From Bacteroidota bacterium (GTDB lineage: Bacteria; Bacteroidota; Bacteroidia; NS11-12g; UBA955), in assembly GCA_030832905.1 (NCBI GenBank), contig JAURIG010000002.1, positions 1-61,196 on the forward strand: DNA of 61,196 nucleotides, written 5' to 3'. Shown piece after piece: positions 36,163-44,918 of this stretch; the stretch's first letter is position 1; every line of letters begins with the position of its first letter. The translations under genes were made by a program, and so were the position numbers. The notes beneath the pieces were generated by a model that made no database searches, was not told where the DNA came from, and saw only the letters and a list, made by a program, of their open reading frames with translations.

Positions 36163-38343
36163 TTACAGATTTTCCATTAAGTATTCTGTAATCTTTTGCA
36201 TGAGATGCACACGGTCTTTGCCCATTACATTGTGCTTGTGTCCAGGATAAACAAAATAATCTAAGTATGTATTGCCGGCATCAACAGATGCTTTGCAATA
36301 CAATAAACTGTGTTGCCACAAAACAACATCGTCATCACATCCATGAATCATCAACAGTTTGTCTTGCAAACCATTAATGTGGTTTAACAAATTAGCTTGT
36401 TTGTATCCTTCTGGATTTTCTGAAGGTTGGTCCATGTAACGTTCTGTATACATGATTTCATAGATTGACCAATCAATTACTGGGCCACCAGCTACACCAA
36501 CTTTAAATACACCCGGTTGTCTGCTCATCAGAGAGGTAGTCATAAATCCACCAAAGCTCCAGCCATGAACACCAATTCTGTTGGCATCCACATAACTCAA
36601 GTTTTTAAGGTAATTAATGCCTGCTAATTGGTCCGCCATTTCAAGCGTGCCTAATTGTCTGTGGGTAGCGCTCTCAAAGGCATGCCCTCTGTTTGAAGAA
36701 CCTCTGTTGTCGAGGGTAAATACGATATAACCTTTTTGAGCCATTAACTGCATCCAGTAATTACTGCCCCCTAGGAAGCTATTGGTCACCATTTGGGCAT
36801 GAGGACCACCATACACATAAACTACTACAGGGTATTTTTTATTTTTGTCGAAATGAGGTGGTGTAATCATGCGGCAATGCAATACGTTACCATCATTGAT
36901 GATTGGGAATAAAGTGGTTTCGCCTAAGTCATAATTCGCTAACGGATTGCTTGCGGTTAAAAGATTTTTAACCAAGTCGCCAGTTTGACTTCTTAAATCA
37001 ATTTTACGCGGCACATTAAGGCTTGAATACACATCAAAAAATTGGCTCATCTGTTGATTGAATGAGGCCATATGGGTACCAGCTGCATCACTCAGTTTTT
37101 TAAGTTCAAGTGAATTGACATGCACACTATAGGTATGTCTTTCCAATGGGCTTTCTTTAGTTGATTCAAAGTAGATGTATTTGCCATCTGGGTCAGCGCC
37201 AATCAAACGCGTGATCATCCAATTGCCTTGGGTTAATGTTTTAAGCAGTTTGCCTTTAGTAGAATACAAATACAAATGGTTAAATCCACTGCGTTCACTC
37301 TGCCATATAAATTTCTCTGGGTCATTTGGCATGAAGTAAAAGCCGTGTTGAGGTTCAACATAGCGCTCGTCGGTTTCTTCAAACAAAGTTTTATTGAGTT
37401 CACCTGAATTGGCATTATAACTATTAATCCAAGCATGGTTTTGCCCTCTGTTCACAATGGCCATGAAAATGTTTTCAGAACTTGGGTCCCAAGCGATATT
37501 GGTAAGGTATTGTTCTGCTGGTTCACCTGTTTTTAAATAGGTAGTGGTCTTAGTTTCAATGTTAAAAATACCAACGGTAACATGGTGGCTTTTTGCCCCA
37601 GCAGTCGGGTATTTGATGTTGTTGCTTTGAGCAGGAATTTTTGAGTTGTCGTAAATGGCATAATCACTCACCATGCTTTCATCCATTCTGTAGAAAGCAA
37701 TTTTCTTGCCGTCTGGGCTCCAAAATAAGCCTTTGTCAATGCCAAATTCATTGCGGTGAACAGATTGGCCATAGACTATGCCTTTGCCACCATCATTAGT
37801 AATTTGAATGGTTTCAGTTGCATTGATCAGGTAGAGGTTGTCGTTTTCAGTCGTAATGACTTGATTGCTTTTAGCATGGTAGTCGTTGCTGCTGGCTTGG
37901 CCTTTAATGGTCAATAAGTTTCTGAAGGCTTGAGCAGGTAAATTGTAGTTCACATATTGTTGGTCTTTAAAGATTACAATGTTGTCGTTATCTGTCCATT
38001 CAAATGCCGGAAAACTTTTGAACTGCCAGCCTTCTTTATATTGAGCTGCGGCTTGGTTAAGGGCTTCAAGTGTTTGGCTGCTATCTTCTTGAAAAGTCAA
38101 GGCGTCAACGATGACTAACTTTTGTGGTTTACTGGTTTTGATGTAGGCGTATTTGCTGCCTCCTGGTAACCATTGAAGTCCTGTGATGTTTTGAATTTTT
38201 AACGACAAATTATTGGGTTTGTCAACTTGTAAAATGGCTTCTTCCATGCTCAAGTATTTTTGTCCTTGGGCGTTTGCAGAAAAGGTTTGAAATAGACCTA
38301 TAAGCACTATGGCTACTACTGATTTTAAACTCATTTTTTTCAT
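36163..38343 (-). CDS. S9 family serine peptidase, dipeptidyl peptidase IV-like
   Basis: N-terminal beta-propeller region and a C-terminal alpha/beta hydrolase with GWSFGG, D and H. Signal peptide MKKMSLKSVVAIVLIGLFQTFSANA|QGQ from ATG 38343. Confidence 0.85.
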   Translation of the reverse strand: MKKMSLKSVVAIVLIGLFQTFSANAQGQKYLSMEEAILQVDKPNNLSLKIQNITGLQWLPGGSKYAYIKTSKPQKLVIVDALTFQEDSSQTLEALNQAAAQYKEGWQFKSFPAFEWTDNDNIVIFKDQQYVNYNLPAQAFRNLLTIKGQASSNDYHAKSNQVITTENDNLYLINATETIQITNDGGKGIVYGQSVHRNEFGIDKGLFWSPDGKKIAFYRMDESMVSDYAIYDNSKIPAQSNNIKYPTAGAKSHHVTVGIFNIETKTTTYLKTGEPAEQYLTNIAWDPSSENIFMAIVNRGQNHAWINSYNANSGELNKTLFEETDERYVEPQHGFYFMPNDPEKFIWQSERSGFNHLYLYSTKGKLLKTLTQGNWMITRLIGADPDGKYIYFESTKESPLERHTYSVHVNSLELKKLSDAAGTHMASFNQQMSQFFDVYSSLNVPRKIDLRSQTGDLVKNLLTASNPLANYDLGETTLFPIINDGNVLHCRMITPPHFDKNKKYPVVVYVYGGPHAQMVTNSFLGGSNYWMQLMAQKGYIVFTLDNRGSSNRGHAFESATHRQLGTLEMADQLAGINYLKNLSYVDANRIGVHGWSFGGFMTTSLMSRQPGVFKVGVAGGPVIDWSIYEIMYTERYMDQPSENPEGYKQANLLNHINGLQDKLLMIHGCDDDVVLWQHSLLYCKASVDAGNTYLDYFVYPGHKHNVMGKDRVHLMQKITEYLMENL

Positions 38344-38444
38344 TGCTACAAAAGTGCAAAAAAAAGTTGATAATATGTCACAAATACGCTTCAAAAGTGT
38401 TTCAGCATTGTTGGATTTTAATGTAATTTGCAGGTTCAAAATCC

Positions 38445-39272
38445 ATGGATCTTATAGCCCTAAAACAAACCATTGAAGCTGCGTGGGAAAACCGTGCAAT
38501 GCTTAAAGAATCTGCAGTTCAAGACCAGATCAGGCAGCTCATAGAATTGCTTGATAAAGGTCAAGTGCGTGTGGCTGAACCAAGTGCTGAAGCCGGTAAA
38601 TGGCAGGTGAATGAATGGGTTAAAAAAGGGGTTATTCTGTATTTCCCAATTCAAGACATTAGCACAGAACAAATTGGTCCGTATGAAATTTGCGACAAGA
38701 TTCCATTAAAGCAAGACTATGCCCAACAAGGTGTAAGAGCGGTTATGGGGTCTGTTGCCAGATATGGTGCCTTCATCAACAAAGGGGTTATTTTGATGCC
38801 AAGTTTTGTCAATATTGGTGCTTATGTCGATTCAGGTACCATGGTTGATACTTGGGCAACTGTTGGATCATGTGCTCAAATAGGCAAGAACGTGCATCTG
38901 AGCGGAGGTGTTGGAATAGGTGGCGTTTTAGAGCCGGTTCAAGCTGCGCCTGTGATCATAGAAGACGATTGTTTTATTGGCTCTAGAAGCATAATAGTTG
39001 AAGGCGCTCATATTGCTAAAGAGGCGGTTATCGGGGCAGGTGTTACCATAACACAATCAACCAAAATCATAGATGTTACCCAATCGGAGCCTATCATCTA
39101 TAATGGTTACGTACCAGAAAGATCAGTGGTTATTCCTGGCAGTTATGAAAAGGTGTTTGCTGCGGGCAAATACCATGTGCCATGTGCCTTGATCATCGGT
39201 CAAAGAAAACCTAGTACAGATTTAAAAACATCACTCAATGACGCGCTAAGAGATTTTAATGTAGCTGTATAA
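38445..39272 (+). CDS. dapD: 2,3,4,5-tetrahydropyridine-2,6-dicarboxylate N-succinyltransferase
   Basis: The N-terminus parallels E. coli DapD (LLDKGQVRVAE...NEWVKKGVILYF), followed by a left-handed beta-helix hexapeptide region. Confidence 0.85.
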   Translation: MDLIALKQTIEAAWENRAMLKESAVQDQIRQLIELLDKGQVRVAEPSAEAGKWQVNEWVKKGVILYFPIQDISTEQIGPYEICDKIPLKQDYAQQGVRAVMGSVARYGAFINKGVILMPSFVNIGAYVDSGTMVDTWATVGSCAQIGKNVHLSGGVGIGGVLEPVQAAPVIIEDDCFIGSRSIIVEGAHIAKEAVIGAGVTITQSTKIIDVTQSEPIIYNGYVPERSVVIPGSYEKVFAAGKYHVPCALIIGQRKPSTDLKTSLNDALRDFNVAV

Positions 39273-40348
39273 TGAATATTGGATTCGACGCAAAACGCTA
39301 TTTTCACAACCGCTCGGGTTTAGGCAATTACAGCCGAGACCTAGTGGATCATTTTATTGCGTCTTATCCTGCTAATAAATACTACTTGTTTGATGATCAA
39401 CCGAGCACATTGAATTTGCCAGCCAATACCATTGCTGCAGCCCCTCAAAAGGCATCTCCTTTATGGCGTGTGAAGGGTATTTTAAAAGATTTACAACTGC
39501 ATAACATTGACCTTTACCATGGCTTAAGCAATGAATTGCCATTTGGTAAATGGCCTGAAAACATTAAAAAAGTAGTGACTATTCACGATGTCATTTTTAA
39601 AATGTTTCCAAGTCATTACCGTTTCTTAGACCGTGCCATATACGATATAAAGACTAAGCATGCACTTGAAATTGCAGACAAGGTGATTGCAACCAGTCAT
39701 GCTTGTGCGCAAGACATACAAAGACATTACAATGTAGACAGTAGAAAAATACAAGTGGTGTATCAAACCTGTGGTGATTTGCATTGGAAAGAGTACTCTC
39801 AAAAACAACTTGAGCGTTTGTCTATGATTCACGGTTTACCTGATCAGTTCTTGTTGTATGTGTCAAGTTTTCAAACCAGAAAAAATCACTTAACTTTATT
39901 AGAGGCTTTAAAACGCACTAAGCGCAAAGACATTCACTTAGTATTGGTGGGGAAGAAAGGTCCAACCTTAAAAGCTTGTATTAAGTATATCAAGCAGAAC
40001 GAATTAAAACAACAGGTCATGATCATTACAGATTTAGAAGATTACGATCTGCCAATGATGTATAGAAGAGCCAGTGGATTTGTATACCCAAGCATGATGG
40101 AAGGGTTTGGTATACCGCTAATAGAAGCCGCATGTGCTGGTTTGCCTATGGCGGTAAATGATATTCCTGTGTTTAGGGAATTGGCGCCAAAGTCAACACT
40201 TAAATTTGATTCCGCCATTATTGATAAACTCACCAGAAGTTTATTGGATTTAGTGCAAATGCCTAAAACCAATTATGGGTCGTATTTAGATCCTTTCAAA
40301 CCCAATTACGCCGCTCAACAAGTTTTTAAAGTTTACAGCAGTCTCTAG
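39272..40348 (+). CDS. glycosyltransferase family 4 (GT-B)
   Basis: C-terminal EGFGIPLIEAACAG (E-x7-E-type) motif; 1-nt overlap with dapD. Confidence 0.75.
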   Translation: MNIGFDAKRYFHNRSGLGNYSRDLVDHFIASYPANKYYLFDDQPSTLNLPANTIAAAPQKASPLWRVKGILKDLQLHNIDLYHGLSNELPFGKWPENIKKVVTIHDVIFKMFPSHYRFLDRAIYDIKTKHALEIADKVIATSHACAQDIQRHYNVDSRKIQVVYQTCGDLHWKEYSQKQLERLSMIHGLPDQFLLYVSSFQTRKNHLTLLEALKRTKRKDIHLVLVGKKGPTLKACIKYIKQNELKQQVMIITDLEDYDLPMMYRRASGFVYPSMMEGFGIPLIEAACAGLPMAVNDIPVFRELAPKSTLKFDSAIIDKLTRSLLDLVQMPKTNYGSYLDPFKPNYAAQQVFKVYSSL

Positions 40349-41346
40349 GCTTTCAATTGCAATTGCCATTGCCAAGCGGATTGAACCATTTCATTTAAGC
40401 CCAATTCTGCTTTCCAACCCAATTGGGTTTCAGCTTTCTGCGCATCAGCCCATACTTTTTCTACATCCCCAGCGCGTCTGTTGCCAATCTGATAAGGCAA
40501 TTGGATCTGATTAACGGTTTCAAATGCTTTGATGATTTCAAGAACAGTATAACCATTGCCAGTGCCAATATTGAAGACTTCGAAATGGTTATTAGGATTT
40601 TGCGCAATAAATTGGAGTGCTTTAACGTGGGCCTTGGCTAAATCTACAACATGAATATAATCGCGAATACAGGTGCCGTCTTTGGTGTTGTAATCGTTGC
40701 CGAAAACAGTAAGTGAAGGCCTTATCCCTGCTGCCGTTTGAGTTATGAAGGGCATTAAATTATTGGGTACACCAATGGGTAATTCGCCAATTAAGGCAGA
40801 TGCATGCGCACCTATTGGATTAAAATACCTGAGGGCTACGGTGTTAAGGCCCTGGCAATCCATCAATATATCTTCTCCCATCTGTTTGGTTCGCCCATAA
40901 GGTGAGTTGGCACGCTTAATAGGGGCTAACTCATTTACTGGAGAATGGTCTGGTTCGCCATACACAGTACATGAAGAGCTAAACACAAGGTTGTTTATGC
41001 CCTGATTTTGCATGGCTTCTAATAAAGAGGTCATGCCACCAATATTGTTCTTGTAATATTTAATGGGCGCTTGAACAGATTCACCAACTGCTTTAAAGGC
41101 TGCAAAATGAATAATTCCGTGGATTGCTTCTGTTTTTAAGATGTTTGTTAGCGCATCGGTATTGCATACATCTTCATTGTAAAATGAAAACGAGTGCTCA
41201 CAAATTTGCTCTAATCTGTTTAATACCTCTATATTGGTGTTGCTTAGATTGTCAATGATAATGGGCTTATAGCCGTTATTGAATAACTCAACAACTGTAT
41301 GTGCACCAATATAGCCTAAGCCACCTGTTACCAATATGTTTTTCAT
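40345..41346 (-). CDS. galE: UDP-glucose 4-epimerase
   Basis: VTGGLGYIGAH Rossmann motif and SPYGRTK (YxxxK). Start taken at ATG 41346. Confidence 0.85.
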   Translation of the reverse strand: MKNILVTGGLGYIGAHTVVELFNNGYKPIIIDNLSNTNIEVLNRLEQICEHSFSFYNEDVCNTDALTNILKTEAIHGIIHFAAFKAVGESVQAPIKYYKNNIGGMTSLLEAMQNQGINNLVFSSSCTVYGEPDHSPVNELAPIKRANSPYGRTKQMGEDILMDCQGLNTVALRYFNPIGAHASALIGELPIGVPNNLMPFITQTAAGIRPSLTVFGNDYNTKDGTCIRDYIHVVDLAKAHVKALQFIAQNPNNHFEVFNIGTGNGYTVLEIIKAFETVNQIQLPYQIGNRRAGDVEKVWADAQKAETQLGWKAELGLNEMVQSAWQWQLQLKA

Positions 41347-41918
41347 AGCGTTTTTATGACTTGTTGGTTTTGCAATAGGTAATGTTCGCCTGTTTCTGGG
41401 CACTCAGCTTTGCCTTGTTCATCAAAATGCAATCGGTTTCCGTAGGCTGATACCCATCCAATTTGTTTGGAGGGATTGCCCACTACTAATGCGAAATCAG
41501 GTACAGATTTAGTGACCACTGTGCCAGCGCCAATCATAGCATATTGGCCAATGGTATTGCCGCATATAATGGTGGCATTTGCACCTATGCTTGCCCCTTT
41601 TTGAATCAAGGTAGATTTGAATTCGTTTTGTCTGTTAATGGCGCTTCTGGGATTGATAACATTGGTAAAAACAGCACTTGGACCAATGAATACATCGTCT
41701 TCACAAATAACACCTGTATAAACAGAAACATTGTTTTGGATTTTAACCCCATTGCCAATAATGACTTTTGGGGAGATGACTACATTCTGGCCAATATTGC
41801 AATTCTGGCCAATTTCAGAATGCGACATGATATGTGAAAAATGCCAAATTTTGCTGCCCGCTCCAATCTTACAATGGTCGTCAATAACGGCACTTGGATG
41901 AGCAAAATAATCTGACAT
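41343..41918 (-). CDS. hexapeptide-repeat sugar N-acetyltransferase (WbpD/WlbB-like)
   Basis: Left-handed beta-helix with KIWHFSHIM...IGQNV...VKIQNNVSVY...VFTNVINPRS...GANATIICG...GNPSKQIGW. ATGA overlap with galE. Confidence 0.7.
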   Translation of the reverse strand: MSDYFAHPSAVIDDHCKIGAGSKIWHFSHIMSHSEIGQNCNIGQNVVISPKVIIGNGVKIQNNVSVYTGVICEDDVFIGPSAVFTNVINPRSAINRQNEFKSTLIQKGASIGANATIICGNTIGQYAMIGAGTVVTKSVPDFALVVGNPSKQIGWVSAYGNRLHFDEQGKAECPETGEHYLLQNQQVIKTL

Positions 41919-41922
41919 AGGC

Positions 41923-43197
41923 TTATAAACCAAGCACTTTTTCTGAAGGCGCTTTGCCGTCAAACAACATTTCTGGATTTTCTAATAATTGTTTAACCCT
42001 TACCAAGAAGCTAACGCTTTCTCTGCCGTCAATAATTCTATGGTCATAAGATAAGGCTACGTACATCATTGGTCTGATAACCACTTGGCCATTTTCAGCT
42101 ACTGGTCTTTCAACGATGTTGTGCATGCCTAAAATGGCTGATTGAGGCGGATTAATGATGGGCGTACTCATCATACTGCCAAATACACCACCGTTGGTAA
42201 TGGTAAATGTACCTCCGCTCATTTCTTCCATTGACAATTTATTCTCTCTGGCTTTTCCGGCCAAACGTTTAACTTCTTTTTCAATATCAGCTAGGCTCAT
42301 GCCTTCTGCATTTCTGATAACTGGAACTACCAAACCTCTAGGGCCAGATACGGCAATAGAGATATCACAATAGTCATTGAATTGAATAGAATCACCATCG
42401 ATAAAAGCATTCACAGCTGGCCAATCCAATAGGGCAATGCAGCAAGCTCTGGTAAAGAAACTCATAAAGCCAAGACCTACTTCATGTTTTTCAGCAAAGG
42501 CGTTTTTGTATTTGTTTCTTAAATCCATAATAGGCTTCATGTTGACTTCGTTGAAAGTCGTCAACATGGCGGTTTCATTTTTAGCCGCTACTAAGCGTTT
42601 AGCAACTGTTTTACGCAGGTTGCTCATTTTTTCAACGCGGTTGACGCGTTCGCCATTGCCATTGTATTTGTTGCTCCTAGAAGCGCCAATACCTTTAGCA
42701 ACAATAGCTTCTAAAACATCTGATTTATTGATTCTGCCATTTGGTCCAGTACCTTTTACTTGATTGGGTTTTAAGCCATAGGCCAACATTAATTCTTTTG
42801 CCAATGGGGCAATGTGAACAGAACTGTCAAAGTCTGCTGCTGGAGCAGGACTAACGGCAGCTGGTTTGTCTGCTGCTTTCTCTGCAGGTTTTTTATCTTC
42901 TTTTACGGCTGCTGTTTCCTTTTTGGCTTCCGCTTTAGGCGCGTTGGCTGGGGCTTTAGCTTTGTCGTCGATTTCAACGATAACCGAACCCACTTTAATC
43001 TCATCGCCATCCTTAGCCAATTGTTTGGTGATCACACCAGCGGCTTCAGCATTGACTTCAAAAGTGGCTTTTTCACTTTCAAGTTCTACTAGTGGTTCAT
43101 CGAGTTGAACATAGTCTCCAACTTGTTTTAACCATTTTGATACGGTTACTTCGCTGATCGATTCACCTGGGCTAGGAACTTTGATTTCAATTGACAT
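41923..43197 (-). CDS. sucB: 2-oxoglutarate dehydrogenase E2 component (dihydrolipoyllysine-residue succinyltransferase)
   Basis: Lipoyl domain ([12 protein letters not shown]), Ala/Pro/Lys linker, PSBD, and a catalytic domain with [12 protein letters not shown]. Start taken at ATG 43197. Confidence 0.85.
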   Translation of the reverse strand: MSIEIKVPSPGESISEVTVSKWLKQVGDYVQLDEPLVELESEKATFEVNAEAAGVITKQLAKDGDEIKVGSVIVEIDDKAKAPANAPKAEAKKETAAVKEDKKPAEKAADKPAAVSPAPAADFDSSVHIAPLAKELMLAYGLKPNQVKGTGPNGRINKSDVLEAIVAKGIGASRSNKYNGNGERVNRVEKMSNLRKTVAKRLVAAKNETAMLTTFNEVNMKPIMDLRNKYKNAFAEKHEVGLGFMSFFTRACCIALLDWPAVNAFIDGDSIQFNDYCDISIAVSGPRGLVVPVIRNAEGMSLADIEKEVKRLAGKARENKLSMEEMSGGTFTITNGGVFGSMMSTPIINPPQSAILGMHNIVERPVAENGQVVIRPMMYVALSYDHRIIDGRESVSFLVRVKQLLENPEMLFDGKAPSEKVLGL

Positions 43198-43218
43198 ATT
43201 AAGAATGTATATACTCTG

Positions 43219-43226
43219 CAAAAATA
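43219..43226 (-). promoter_or_regulatory. Bacteroidota -7 promoter box (TATTTTTG), 21 nt upstream of the sucB ATG
   Basis: Exact TAnnTTTG on the minus strand (forward CAAAAATA). The track's sucB start at 43221 is the TTG of this box. Confidence 0.4.
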
Positions 43227-43279
43227 GTCAATTTATCAAGAAGGACAAATCTACGGGCAGATAAAGTGCAAATTGTGGC

Positions 43280-43801
43280 TTACCAAGTGTGAGAATGTTC
43301 ACTCCACCATTTGCCATGGAGTTTAAGGGTCATCTCAATGAGGTCTCTGACACAGCCCTTTCCGCCATTGATAGGGGAAATGTATTGGCATATGGATTTG
43401 ATGTCTTTGGCGGCATCATTTGGGCAAGCGGATAAGCCCACTTGCTTGAGTAATTCATAATCGGGTAAATCATCGCCCATGTAGGCTATTTCAGAGGCAT
43501 GTAAACCGTGTTTGTTCTTAAACAAATCAAAGGCGGCTTGCTTGTGTTGTTGACCTGTGAAAATATCTTTTAAGCCTAATTGTTGAAATCGCCTTTCAAT
43601 GCCCAAAGACTGACCACCAGAAATAATGGCAATGGGGTATTGCATTTTGATGGCATGTTGAAGTGCATAACCATCTTTGATGTTAAAACTTCTCAAAAAT
43701 TCGCCTTGTTCAGTTGCCAAAACTTGGCCATCAGTCATAACGCCATCAACATCAAAAATAAAGGCTTTAATAGCTTGCAATTGTTCGTGAATAAGCGGCA
43801 T
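43280..43801 (-). CDS. kdsC: 3-deoxy-D-manno-octulosonate 8-phosphate phosphatase (HAD-IIIA)
   Basis: FIFDVDGVMTDG, GDDLPD; 173 aa. Confidence 0.8.
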   Translation of the reverse strand: MPLIHEQLQAIKAFIFDVDGVMTDGQVLATEQGEFLRSFNIKDGYALQHAIKMQYPIAIISGGQSLGIERRFQQLGLKDIFTGQQHKQAAFDLFKNKHGLHASEIAYMGDDLPDYELLKQVGLSACPNDAAKDIKSICQYISPINGGKGCVRDLIEMTLKLHGKWWSEHSHTW

Positions 43802-44850
43802 TAGTGAATGATTTTTTTAGAAATGATTTCGTCGTGTAGGATTTCTGCGCACATGTCTGCGCCATCAATGGTAAAATGATAGCCATCATAAAAGAATCTA
43901 GAGTCTTTTGGCAAGCGGGCATTTAAATTGATAAATGATAAATTTAATTCGTTGGCTAGATCAAATGTAACCTTGTTGTACATTTTCAAAATGTAAGATC
44001 TTGTTTTGCCATTCATTTGCCCTGTTTTTAAATCACCAAGATAAATGTTGGTATATAGGTCATTTTCGTCAGAAAACAATATGCTCTGACCGACAAAGAC
44101 CAGTTGAATATTGTTGTCTTTACAAAGTTTAGCGAACTCAGTTATGCGTTGTTTGTAGGCGGCCAAATAAGTTTGTTCCTTTTGCATTCTGGCCATCATT
44201 TCATCGTCCGTCATTTTGAGCTTAGGCAATTGACTCAAATTGGTGTACACTTGGTGGTTTAAACCCACTTCTTTGGCTTTGCCTGCTCTAATGATATTGA
44301 CAATGGTGGAGGGTAATTCAAGGAAATTATAGGCGCGCTTTATCGGTGAAACATTCACGTCAAAATGACTAGGAGTATCCAACTCCATATCATTTAAACC
44401 TGCCATTAAAAAAATGTAATTGGGTTTTAATTTTAAGATGTATTGTTTCAGCATCTGCAAGTTGCCATAACTTGATTGACCATCCATGCCAGCATTGTTT
44501 AACCATAAGTTTGGAAACTCAACTTTTAACTTATCTCCCAACACATTTGGCCAATCTTTACCATCTGTCAAATACATGCATTCGGTGGTGCTGCCTCCCA
44601 TACAAATGACTTTGATTTTTGCTGAATCATTGGGTTCTGGCCCTCTCAGACCAATGCTATTTTTGCTGTGAATTACCTTTTGATCCATACCGTCGTAGGC
44701 CGGCAATTCTATGGTGTATTTGGTGTTTTTAGGCAGCACTATACTACCGTTTTTAACGCGAGCAGTAAATGGGTTGTAAAGGTGAAGTGCAATCTCGAGG
44801 CAAATCAAGACAAGACCAACATATGCACTAATCTTCCAAAACTTTTTCAT
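43801..44850 (-). CDS. membrane-anchored SGNH/GDSL-type hydrolase
   Basis: N-terminal TM anchor plus SGNH blocks CMGGSTTE (I), NAGMDG (II), MAGLND (III) and DGYHFT (V). Confidence 0.6.
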   Translation of the reverse strand: MKKFWKISAYVGLVLICLEIALHLYNPFTARVKNGSIVLPKNTKYTIELPAYDGMDQKVIHSKNSIGLRGPEPNDSAKIKVICMGGSTTECMYLTDGKDWPNVLGDKLKVEFPNLWLNNAGMDGQSSYGNLQMLKQYILKLKPNYIFLMAGLNDMELDTPSHFDVNVSPIKRAYNFLELPSTIVNIIRAGKAKEVGLNHQVYTNLSQLPKLKMTDDEMMARMQKEQTYLAAYKQRITEFAKLCKDNNIQLVFVGQSILFSDENDLYTNIYLGDLKTGQMNGKTRSYILKMYNKVTFDLANELNLSFINLNARLPKDSRFFYDGYHFTIDGADMCAEILHDEIISKKIIH

Positions 44851-44855
44851 TGGAA

Positions 44856-44863
44856 CAAAGGTA
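44856..44863 (-). promoter_or_regulatory. Bacteroidota -7 promoter box (TACCTTTG), 5 nt upstream of ATG 44850
   Basis: Exact TAnnTTTG on the minus strand (forward CAAAGGTA). Confidence 0.4.
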
Positions 44864-44906
44864 ATTAAAATTGATATTGGTCAATGCGCCATACCATTAA
44901 AAAACA

Positions 44907-44914
44907 TAAATTTG
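44907..44914 (+). promoter_or_regulatory. Bacteroidota -7 promoter box (TAAATTTG), 4 nt upstream of ATG 44919
   Basis: Exact TAnnTTTG on the plus strand. Confidence 0.4.
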
Positions 44915-44918
44915 TGGT

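Noticed and set aside
43198-43221. ORF-track N-terminal extensions that begin at a TTG: sucB 43221, thioredoxin-like 15157, IPExxxVDY-like 50687, gatA 60457, metzincin 1778. Longer extensions occur at 11195, 8681, 2533, 38439, 41403, 41963 and 33403.
   Set aside because: In three cases (43221, 15157, 50687) the TTG is the TTG of the TAnnTTTG promoter box itself. In the others the extension overlaps the neighbouring gene or precedes an obvious signal peptide or conserved N-terminus. I used the first ATG that matches family N-termini.
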